A stretch of 10,315 nucleotides of DNA from Calditrichia bacterium (GTDB taxonomy: Bacteria > Calditrichota > Calditrichia > RBG-13-44-9): NCBI GenBank assembly GCA_037381445.1, contig JARRQT010000117.1, positions 1 to 10,315 on the forward strand, given 5' to 3'. Positions 1 through 7,012 of the stretch are shown piece after piece; position 1 is the stretch's first letter, and each line of letters begins with the position of its first letter. The notes below the pieces were generated by a model. The model was given only the letters and a program-made list of their open reading frames with translations, was not told where the DNA came from and did not search any database. The translations under genes were made by a program, and so were the position numbers.

Positions 1-49
1 CAGCGATGAGCAGAATGGGTACTGCATACAGCAAAATCCTGGATTTCAT
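1..49 (-). CDS. 5' end of a probable secreted or membrane protein (partial, continues beyond the left edge)
   Basis: Minus strand reads TGGAGG-CTTTT-ATG (ATG at 49-47). It translates as MKSRILLYAVPILLIA..., a basic N-terminus followed by a hydrophobic run typical of a signal peptide, and stays open to the window edge. Too short to appear in the ORF track. Confidence 0.75.
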   Translation of the reverse strand, partial: MKSRILLYAVPILLIA

Positions 50-618
50 AAAAGCCTCCATCTGATTAGTTTGTGTCATAAAACATTATTAATAGGGCTG
101 CGCTACTATCCCCCTTGGAAAATTACTGGTTTACATGCCGGAAAACGCAAAAAGTTTCATTCCGCATTCCCGGGTTTAACGGAAGGGATTCTGCGAATGG
201 AAAATTGTCATTTAACTCCGTTGTGCATACCCCTTATCAAAATTGCAAATTTTACGCAATAAAACAATTTCCGGGAGAGAGGCGGAATGAAGACAGGAGA
301 GTTTTGTTAATTTATCCGGTTGACGATTCCCTGTTTCGAGAATCCCGTTGGTGCAAATCCCGATGAATTTTTATTCATACCTGAACAATGAAACGGGAGC
401 GGAAATGCAGGTGCTTATCAATGGAAGCGGTGTTCCCCGATTTTTTGCCTGTAGCCGGTACTTACGGATTCCACGCCGCACCCGATCATCAATTAAAAAG
501 AATATTTCTGAAATTTTCCGTAGCCTATAACCGGAAGGATGAAACAATCGGCAAAATCGGATAAGAATCATACTGATGAAAAGAAATTCCCGAAGGCCTG
601 GGTTTTATCAGTCCCCAT

Positions 619-660
619 AAAATTAACTAATCCCACAGGCAGATACACCTGTGGGATTAG
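619..660 (-). terminator. Intrinsic terminator of the 695-2770 gene
   Basis: Perfect 13-bp inverted repeat CTAATCCCACAGG (627-639) / CCTGTGGGATTAG (648-660) with an 8-nt loop. It is followed on the minus strand by TTAATTTT and lies about 35 nt downstream of the TAG stop. Confidence 0.85.
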
Positions 661-694
661 CCGGGGTATGATAATACAAATGAACTTTGAATAG

Positions 695-2770
695 CTACTT
701 AACGAGCATCATTTTGCGAACGGCTGAATACTTTCCCGCCTTTATGACATAGAAATAGATTCCCGCCGGGGCGTTCTCCCCATTCCATTTTACGGTATGC
801 TGTCCTGACTGCATCTTTCCGTTCACCAGCACATTTACCTTCTCTCCCAAAACGTTATAGACTTCCAGCAGGACCCGGGAAGCTTCCGGGAGCGAAAACG
901 TAATATTGGTAGTCGGATTAAACGGATTGGGATAATTCTGTTGTAGATCAAATTTTTTAGCTGCCGCTGCCGCGGGGTCGTTTATGCCGGTAACCGGAGT
1001 ATAATAAAAGTCCAGCGCAATGGTGGCGTCCGGTGAAGTCACATCCACCGAGACTTCACTCTGCTCAATCTGGTAGCCGTTAAAAATTGGCGGATCAACC
1101 AGCCAGGCGCCGCTGCTGACATGCAGCTGGTAGGAAGTGTCAGGTAAAATCTGGGACCAGGCACTAAAGCAATTCGGGTACTGGCCGGGGGTATGTGCAT
1201 AAACACCCATGTCGCCTCCCGGCAGAAAATCCAGCCCATGCAGTTTGCCGATAACCGTTGCTGCCGCATTTTTGACCGTAAATGTCACCACATCGCCAGG
1301 GCCGGCTTCCGCATACTGCGGAGAGAAAACATAATTATCCGGCCGATCAATCCCCACCTGGACCGTTTCACCGGGAATAAAAAGGGCGGTGGTGTCGCCA
1401 TTTTCCAACTGCATTCTGCTGACCTGCGCATTATTTGCCATGGCCCACACCGCAAATTCCTGCCAATTAGGCACCGGCTCGGCAGCATCCACCTGAAATG
1501 CGACCCGCACGCTGTCGGTGAAATTCACAAAATTAAAATCCACGGTGTCGCCCGGAGCAATATTATCAAATTGTGAGCCGTTCGGAAGGCCATATCCTTC
1601 CGGTTGTTCGTCCACCTGAATGTGATATAAATATCCCTGCCGGACCGCCAGGCGCACCATACCTTCAGTGCCATTTACCCCACTGCGGGTTCCAACCATC
1701 GGATTGGAAACACGCACCGTGCAGAAAGCCGGGTCGGTTTCCGGTATTCCATCCTTTAGAATCCTGGCATAAAGAGCGGTATCCGTTCTGAAGAACGTGA
1801 TGTCCCGCGTGATGGTGTCCCCTGAATTGATGGTAAAGGTATAGGCCGGATTGTTCCAGGTAGCCGGCGCCATGTATTTTGCATCCAGCGTCTGATCATT
1901 GACTGCCAGGCGATAGGTGCCGGGGGCAATCCCAAACTGGTAATGGTCGCCGGTGAATTCATCATACACACCGCCGGAACCCTGCAGGTCCTCCAGACCC
2001 AGTTCGATGGCCTCGTTCGTCACCGGATTTCCGCCGTCATCGAGGAAATCACCCTCCACCATGCAGTCCGGGGCCTTGATCACAAAATCTACGCCGGTAA
2101 TGGTATTGGGTGAAGTGGCGTCAATTTGAATTGGTTCGGGCACCAAATAGGCTGAACTTGTCAGAAACGGCACAATATCGTACATTCCCGGTACGCCGAT
2201 ATTAATAGTATAATGGCCTTCAGCATCCGCCACCCCGTTCCAGAAAGGAGGGTCATTATCGAAGTCGGTGGCCACCAGCACATTCTCCGGGCTGTGTCCG
2301 TCCTCAAAAGAAATGGTTCCCGAAACGGTTACCATGGGATTTTCCAGCGGTTTTACCACCAGCGCTCCCATATTTTCCACATCCCCCTCCTGCGCCGTCA
2401 TCACCCAGGTCATCGGCGCAAATCCGAACGGACCCACCGTCGTGGTGATTTTTCCGTTCATCCCGTCCTCATCCGCCGGCCCATCGCTCCCGGAGTTATC
2501 GCCGTCGGTAACCGGAAAACTGAACAGCCGGAAGTCGCCCTCCGTAACCGCATGATCGTTGTCCAGGTCCATCCAGATTTCAAACTGGACCGTGGCGCCC
2601 GGCTGGCAATCGACCTGCCAGAAAAGCATATCGCCCTGCACCAGGGAATCCACCGTCTGCGGATTGTCAACCGGATTCCCGTTATAAAAGCGCACTTGTC
2701 CAAAACCAAAGGAAAAAACCGAAATCAGGAACAGAACTGTCAGAACACTGCTGTAAAAGTACTTGCTCAT
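695..2770 (-). CDS. Secreted acidic protein with tandem beta-sandwich (carboxypeptidase-regulatory/Cna-B-like) repeats and a C-terminal T9SS type-A-like sorting domain
   Basis: The ORF track starts at 2782, but ATG 2770 is preceded by GGAG at 6 nt and gives the signal peptide MSKYFYSSVLTVLFLISVFSFGFG-Q. About five repeated ~85-95-aa units begin with motifs like TVSGTI, MVEGDF, TVIGKL and end in VDF/DITF/LDF. The C-terminus LQQNYPNPFNPTTNITFSL...VYNVLGEKV...AGIYFY...KMMLVK is the typical secretion-system C-terminal sorting domain. Confidence 0.85.
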   Translation of the reverse strand: MSKYFYSSVLTVLFLISVFSFGFGQVRFYNGNPVDNPQTVDSLVQGDMLFWQVDCQPGATVQFEIWMDLDNDHAVTEGDFRLFSFPVTDGDNSGSDGPADEDGMNGKITTTVGPFGFAPMTWVMTAQEGDVENMGALVVKPLENPMVTVSGTISFEDGHSPENVLVATDFDNDPPFWNGVADAEGHYTINIGVPGMYDIVPFLTSSAYLVPEPIQIDATSPNTITGVDFVIKAPDCMVEGDFLDDGGNPVTNEAIELGLEDLQGSGGVYDEFTGDHYQFGIAPGTYRLAVNDQTLDAKYMAPATWNNPAYTFTINSGDTITRDITFFRTDTALYARILKDGIPETDPAFCTVRVSNPMVGTRSGVNGTEGMVRLAVRQGYLYHIQVDEQPEGYGLPNGSQFDNIAPGDTVDFNFVNFTDSVRVAFQVDAAEPVPNWQEFAVWAMANNAQVSRMQLENGDTTALFIPGETVQVGIDRPDNYVFSPQYAEAGPGDVVTFTVKNAAATVIGKLHGLDFLPGGDMGVYAHTPGQYPNCFSAWSQILPDTSYQLHVSSGAWLVDPPIFNGYQIEQSEVSVDVTSPDATIALDFYYTPVTGINDPAAAAAKKFDLQQNYPNPFNPTTNITFSLPEASRVLLEVYNVLGEKVNVLVNGKMQSGQHTVKWNGENAPAGIYFYVIKAGKYSAVRKMMLVK

Positions 2771-2981
2771 GATACACTCCATAGTTATTCACCTGATTAT
2801 TTTCAGGGACAACATCTATGCCAACAATTTCTGCCCTAAAATCTTTTGTCTCATTTTTCGCTAATTCTTCAGTTAAGGAAAAACATCATCAGAGCGCTCC
2901 TGGAAAAATCCGGTATTCTGTCAGTAGATTGTCGAAAATCAGGACATCCGCACCGCTTCCGGGAATTTGCTGCGGACATCA

Positions 2982-3044
2982 CCCCAAGCCCCATGCGCTT
3001 TGCCCTCTGCGCCAAGCGCCCTGCTCCATGCCCCAGGCACCCCA
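2982..3044. repeat. Degenerate heptanucleotide tandem array (8 units plus 1 decayed unit)
   Basis: CCCCAAG CCCCATG CGCTTTG CCCTCTG CGCCAAG CGCCCTG CTCCATG CCCCAGG CACCCCA. Strict period of 7, with C1, C3 and G7 invariant in the first 8 units (consensus CnCYnnG). Confidence 0.8.
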
Positions 3045-3076
3045 CACATAAAAAATACCGGACCGAACTATTTTAT

Positions 3077-3105
3077 TTGATTTTTTCACCGCCAGGCCTC
3101 ATATT
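3077..3105 (+). promoter_or_regulatory. Candidate sigma70-type promoter for the DUF6599-DUF362 unit
   Basis: TTGATT (3077-3082), 17-nt spacer, CATATT (3100-3105), about 70 nt upstream of ATG 3178. Motif match only. Confidence 0.35.
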
Positions 3106-3177
3106 CTCTTTGTCAGTTCCTAAATGAACCAACGTCGATTCGAAACAGTTGCTTTTTCACAATAAAAGTTGAAAACC

Positions 3178-4116
3178 ATGAAAAAATCGTTCATCATCCT
3201 CTCACTGCTTCTTTTCTCCACACCTGTTTTCATCATTACGGGAGCTTCAGCGATGGAAAATCAACAGCCCGATGTAACCGGATTGCTTCCCGCGCCGGCC
3301 GGCGGCTGGCAGGCGGAACTGCCCGACCAGTTTTTTGACCGTCACAATCTCTACGATTATATCGACGGCGGGGCAGAACTATACCTCTCCTACGGTTTCG
3401 CTGCACTGGCCAACCGCACCTATTCCCGGCCCGGCCAGCCCGATATCATTCTCGATATCTTTGATATGGGCGACTCCCGCAACGCCTTCGGCGTCTTCTC
3501 CCATGCCCGGGAAACCATCGACACCACCTTCGGCCAGGGCTCCCAGTATAACCCGGGATTGCTGCTCTTCTGGAAAGACCGCTATTTCATCTCCCTGCTG
3601 GGCAGTCCGGTGACCAATGAATCACAGAAATTCATGTTCGCCCTGGCCCGGGAGATTGAAAAATCAATTCCCCAAACCGGAGAATTGCCGGCGCTTCTCA
3701 GCCTGCTCCCCCAACAGTCCCTGGTCAAAGAAAGCGTCAAGTTTTTTCATCATTACATCTGGCTGAACACCTACCACTTCATCGCCGACCATAACCTGCT
3801 GCACATCAATGAAAAAACCGATGCGGTGCTGGCGAAATACGCGGACGGCGCCGGACGTGCGCTGCTGCTCCTGCTCAACTACCGGGACGCACAGACAGCG
3901 GATTCCGCCCGGACCGATTTCATCAGAGAATACCTGCCGGAGTATTCCGGAAACGGTGCTGTCCAATTGGAGGACAGCACCTGGGCCGACTGCCGGCAGC
4001 GCGGCAGCCTGCTCATCATCGTGCTGAACGCCTCCGGCGCCGGCATCACCGGGGGCCTGATCCGTGAGGTCCGGCAGAAAGCCGAAGCGCCTCAAAATCA
4101 GCAAATCCTGAAATAA
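3178..4116 (+). CDS. Exported DUF6599-like family protein
   Basis: ATG 3178 gives the Sec signal peptide MKKSFIILSLLLFSTPVFIITGASA (the ORF track starts at TTG 3169). Motifs NLYDYIDGGAELYLSYGF (from 3346), DIFDMG...AFGVFS and LLFWKDRYFI are ones I recognise from DUF6599 proteins. Codon usage is GC3-rich. Confidence 0.7.
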   Translation: MKKSFIILSLLLFSTPVFIITGASAMENQQPDVTGLLPAPAGGWQAELPDQFFDRHNLYDYIDGGAELYLSYGFAALANRTYSRPGQPDIILDIFDMGDSRNAFGVFSHARETIDTTFGQGSQYNPGLLLFWKDRYFISLLGSPVTNESQKFMFALAREIEKSIPQTGELPALLSLLPQQSLVKESVKFFHHYIWLNTYHFIADHNLLHINEKTDAVLAKYADGAGRALLLLLNYRDAQTADSARTDFIREYLPEYSGNGAVQLEDSTWADCRQRGSLLIIVLNASGAGITGGLIREVRQKAEAPQNQQILK

Positions 4117-4145
4117 AACGACGTGAAATTCAAACGGGGTGATTC

Positions 4146-5039
4146 ATGAAAGACAAACTGTTTACCCGCCGGGAATTTTTAAAGGACAGCAGTGCCGCGG
4201 CAGTGGGCACAGCCTTATACCTGAACCTGCCGGATGCGCTTTTTGCGGCCGCTGACGGCAAAAGCCGGGTGGTGCTGATCCGGGATGAGAATGTGCTGGA
4301 TGAAAAAAACCGGGTGCGGTATGAGGTCATTCGCGATATGCTGGATACCGCCGTGGTGAGGCTTCTGGATGCGCCGGATGCGGCCGCCGCCTGGAAGAAA
4401 CTGGTCCGGCCGGATGATGTGGTGGGGATAAAAACCAACTCCTGGAACTACCTCCCCACGCCGGCGGAGCTGGAGCGATGCATCAGTGAGCGGGTGCAGG
4501 GCGCGGGCGTTCCGGAAAAGAACATCAGCATCCGGGACCGCGGAGTGCTCTCCGACCCCATCTTTAAAAGCGCCACCGCGCTCATCAACACCCGTCCCAT
4601 GCGCGCCCATCACTGGGCCGGGGTGGGCACCCTGCTGAAAAACTACATCCTGTTCGTGCCCCGGCCCAGCGACTATCACCCCGATTCCTGCGCCGACCTG
4701 GCCTCCATCTGGAAAATGCCGCTGGTGAAGGGAAAGACCCGTCTCAATATTCTGGTCATGCTCACCCCCCTCTTTCACGGGGTGGGACCTCACAATTACA
4801 GTCCCCAATACGTCTGGGCCTACAAGGGCCTGCTGGCGGGGATCGATCCCGTGGCGGTGGATTCGGTGGGACTGCGCATCATCCAGGCCAAAAGAAAGGC
4901 ATTTTTCGGCGATGACCGCCCTCTCAATCCCCCGGCCAAACATATCGCACTGGCGGACACCCGCCACCATCTCGGCACCGCCGATCCCGCCAGAATCGAA
5001 CTCATCAAACTGGGCTGGCAGGAGGATTTGTTAATTTAG
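4146..5039 (+). CDS. Tat-exported DUF362 domain-containing protein
   Basis: Twin-arginine motif TRREFLK followed by a hydrophobic stretch ending ...ALFA-A. DUF362-type motifs DVVGIKTN, INTRPMRAHHWAGVGTLLKNY and LLAGIDPVAVDSVG. GGGGTG ribosome-binding site; 29-nt gap from the upstream gene suggests an operon. Confidence 0.85.
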   Translation: MKDKLFTRREFLKDSSAAAVGTALYLNLPDALFAAADGKSRVVLIRDENVLDEKNRVRYEVIRDMLDTAVVRLLDAPDAAAAWKKLVRPDDVVGIKTNSWNYLPTPAELERCISERVQGAGVPEKNISIRDRGVLSDPIFKSATALINTRPMRAHHWAGVGTLLKNYILFVPRPSDYHPDSCADLASIWKMPLVKGKTRLNILVMLTPLFHGVGPHNYSPQYVWAYKGLLAGIDPVAVDSVGLRIIQAKRKAFFGDDRPLNPPAKHIALADTRHHLGTADPARIELIKLGWQEDLLI

Positions 5040-5137
5040 ACCGGATATGATGCTGCGGATTTGCGGGATAATATTTGCTGCACGGATTCTATGCAGAACA
5101 CCGATAAAAAAATTCACGATAAACCGGGCCGGGCAAA

Positions 5138-5452
5138 TTATGTTTTATCTGAAATCGTCCCCGCAAGGCTGTGTATTTTTTTATATTCGCTTTTATGGTT
5201 CTGCAAGGTGTCCCACATATCCACGTTCATCTGCAGGTTCATCCAAAAATCAGGGGTTGTATTAAAATATTTCGCCAGCCTGAAAGCCGTATCCGGCGTG
5301 ACAGACCGTTTACCGAGAATGATCTCATTAATTCTCACCCGGGTCACTCCAATCGCTTCTGCCAATTGCTGCTGCGTCATTTTAAGCGGCAGCAGATACT
5401 CATACTTGATAATTTCTCCCGGATGGCTGGGACGTCTATCTTTTGGAAGCAT
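5138..5452 (-). CDS. higA: HigA family antitoxin (XRE/HTH addiction-module antidote)
   Basis: Signature HPGEII..EYL.PL.MTQ..LA.AIGVTR.RINEII.GKRSVTPDTA.RLAKYF.TTPDFWMNLQ. The AAGGAG RBS overlaps the higB stop, and the gene lies directly downstream of the toxin. Confidence 0.95.
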   Translation of the reverse strand: MLPKDRRPSHPGEIIKYEYLLPLKMTQQQLAEAIGVTRVRINEIILGKRSVTPDTAFRLAKYFNTTPDFWMNLQMNVDMWDTLQNHKSEYKKIHSLAGTISDKT

Positions 5453-5463
5453 ACTTTTTCTCC

Positions 5464-5745
5464 TTAATGATACTGAACTAATTCAATATCAAATATATCT
5501 CCGTCCATAAAAATAAAGCATAAGCGCCAAGGTCCACTGACTGAAATAGCCCATTGTCCTTCCCTGTTACCATGCAATTGATGGAGATGGTTTGAAGGAG
5601 GAGATGCCAAATCTTTTATTTCTTTCGAGCTATTCATCATATCAAGCTTCCTTATCAAGCGACCCCTCAGCTCAGTCGGCACTTTTTTATGCTCACCCGT
5701 ATTCCAGAATATTTCAAGCCAGGACTGCCTGAAGCTTCTTATCAT
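5464..5745 (-). CDS. higB: HigB family toxin (RelE/ParE superfamily, plasmid-maintenance killer type)
   Basis: 93 aa: MIRSF...RKLDM...DL..PPSNHLH.L.GNR.GQWAISV.G.WRLCF.F.DGD...IELVQYH. The toxin-before-antitoxin order is characteristic of higBA. Confidence 0.95.
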   Translation of the reverse strand: MIRSFRQSWLEIFWNTGEHKKVPTELRGRLIRKLDMMNSSKEIKDLASPPSNHLHQLHGNREGQWAISVSGPWRLCFIFMDGDIFDIELVQYH

Positions 5746-5750
5746 GCAAC

Positions 5751-5779
5751 AAATTAACCTGCAACGACCTCCGTTGCAA
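5751..5779 (-). promoter_or_regulatory. higBA promoter with an overlapping palindromic operator (probable HigA site)
   Basis: Perfect inverted repeat TGCAACG (5760-5766)-N5-CGTTGCA (5772-5778). On the minus strand: TTGCAA (5779-5774), 17 nt, TAATTT (5756-5751). An extra half-site TGCAAC at 5745-5750 touches the start codon. Confidence 0.75.
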
Positions 5780-5981
5780 ATGGTTTTACATCAAAACGCA
5801 ATTTTAGTTCTCATCATTTGAAGAACCCAATAACCAGCCTGAAAGCTAAATCACCTCAATTTATTCGGGAAAAATCGATTCCGCCAATTTATCGTTTGCT
5901 GGGCTCCTGACCCGGATTCTATTATTCCGCTTGTGATTTAAAGAAGGCTGCATTTATTGCGGGCCGGAGAAAAATTCCCGC

Positions 5982-6013
5982 CGGGCAAAGCGCTTTTTAG
6001 CGCTGATTGCCTG
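5982..6013 (-). terminator. Hairpin, possible terminator of the beta-barrel gene
   Basis: GGCAA-AGCGCT-TTTT-AGCGCT-GA-TTGCC (5984-6011) forms an 11-bp stem with a 2-nt bulge, about 95 nt past the stop at 6109. The U-tract on the minus strand is offset by several nucleotides, so the call is weak. Confidence 0.35.
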
Positions 6014-6108
6014 CCTGTGGCAAAGCCGGCTTCCAGCGGAAGACTTTCCGAAATGGTTCGGCTCTGCAGCCCGGTCAGAGAATTCCCGGGAAATTTGCGG
6101 GCAGCATC

Positions 6109-6885
6109 CTACTGAAATACTTCGGTCAGACCTGTCAAAAACTGCAGCCCGATACTCACCTGGAAATTGGTCATCCGGAGCTGCCTGACAATATCCTGTT
6201 CCAGATCAGTACTTTTTATCTCAAGATTATGAACCGAATAGGAAAGTCTTCCCGATATTCTAAGGCGGCGGGATAACGGCTTTAAAACCTGAACGTTCAG
6301 GACCGGACTTAAGTCCCCGCCGTTCAGACTCAGATGTAACGGATTCTTTATATCATACATCACCAGTTGCACCCCCAGGCCGGGCGCCACCTCCAGATCA
6401 TTTTTCAGCCTGAATGTATAGGAATAATACAGGTTCAACTGATGGAAATAGGTCTCGAAGTCGTCCTCATAAGTATCCGACCCGTTTTCAAAGATCTTAA
6501 AATTCTGGGCACCGGGTGCAAAACAATATGAAAAGGACATATTGACAGCCTGATTTTCAAAAATCCGGCTGGCAGCCTGCAATTCCAGGGCTGCGTTGAT
6601 ATTACCGCCATTGGTTTCCCAGGTGTCATTGCCGCCGTTAAGATTAACATAAGCGGTTTTGAGGGAGAAAGAAAGACGGTAGCGGTAATAATGAATGTAA
6701 TCTGTATTCCCCTTTACATCCCTTTCAACCCGGACATGACCGGAATTGCGTCTCAACTGTTTCGGCAAACCCCGCTGCTCCTTTAAGGTGTCAGCCGTGG
6801 TTTGCCCCGCATAAAGCAGGGAACTGCCTGCGGATAAAACAAAAATGATGTGCATGAGAAAAATGGAAAACATGGTCCTGGACAA
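6109..6885 (-). CDS. Probable outer-membrane beta-barrel protein
   Basis: TTG start with a perfect AGGAGG 9 nt upstream and a signal peptide (…FSIFLMHIIFVLSAGSSLLYA-G). Several amphipathic aromatic-rich strands: YRLSFSLKTAY, AVNMSFSYCF, QLNLYYSYTF, APGLGVQLVMY, PVLNVQVL, LRISGRLSYS, FQVSIGLQF. Confidence 0.65.
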   Translation of the reverse strand: MSRTMFSIFLMHIIFVLSAGSSLLYAGQTTADTLKEQRGLPKQLRRNSGHVRVERDVKGNTDYIHYYRYRLSFSLKTAYVNLNGGNDTWETNGGNINAALELQAASRIFENQAVNMSFSYCFAPGAQNFKIFENGSDTYEDDFETYFHQLNLYYSYTFRLKNDLEVAPGLGVQLVMYDIKNPLHLSLNGGDLSPVLNVQVLKPLSRRLRISGRLSYSVHNLEIKSTDLEQDIVRQLRMTNFQVSIGLQFLTGLTEVFQ

Positions 6886-7012
6886 TTTGCGTTTCCTCCT
6901 TGATTAGTTTCGCAGGTTCGGGATTTATATTCATTCATCAGCAGCCCCGGCATCCGGCAAAAACCGGTTAAAATGTATTGCGGCTCCACCAGGGAAAGCC
7001 GGTATTAAATAT

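Noticed and set aside
338..367. GGTGCAAATCC T-loop-like hairpin reminiscent of a cobalamin riboswitch or tRNA T-arm
   Set aside because: It lacks the rest of either structure (no B12-box elements, no cloverleaf) and is antisense to both neighbouring genes.
71..571. Short overlapping ORFs of 60-83 aa in the left intergenic region
   Set aside because: No convincing RBS, no recognisable motifs and mutually overlapping frames; likely spurious.
541..600. GAAA ... CTGATGA ... GAAA resembling a hammerhead ribozyme core
   Set aside because: No stem II can form between CTGATGA and the next GAAA. In the permuted arrangement there is no GUH cleavage triplet or stem III/I pairing.
3131..4135. Partial look-alikes of the MITE end (ACGTCGATTCGA at 3132, ACGTGAAATTCAA at 4121)
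   Set aside because: Same orientation, several mismatches and no target duplication; consistent with chance.
3664..4970. Long antisense ORFs 3664-4104 and 4215-4970 (also 2213-2839)
   Set aside because: Shadow frames of genes with GC-rich third codon positions; the translations lack protein-family features.
5040..5137. Possible integron attC site after higBA
   Set aside because: No RYYYAAC/GTTRRRY-bounded imperfect palindrome is visible and there is no integrase in the window.
5061..5510. 149-aa plus-strand ORF overlapping higA
   Set aside because: Antisense shadow of a well-supported higA gene.
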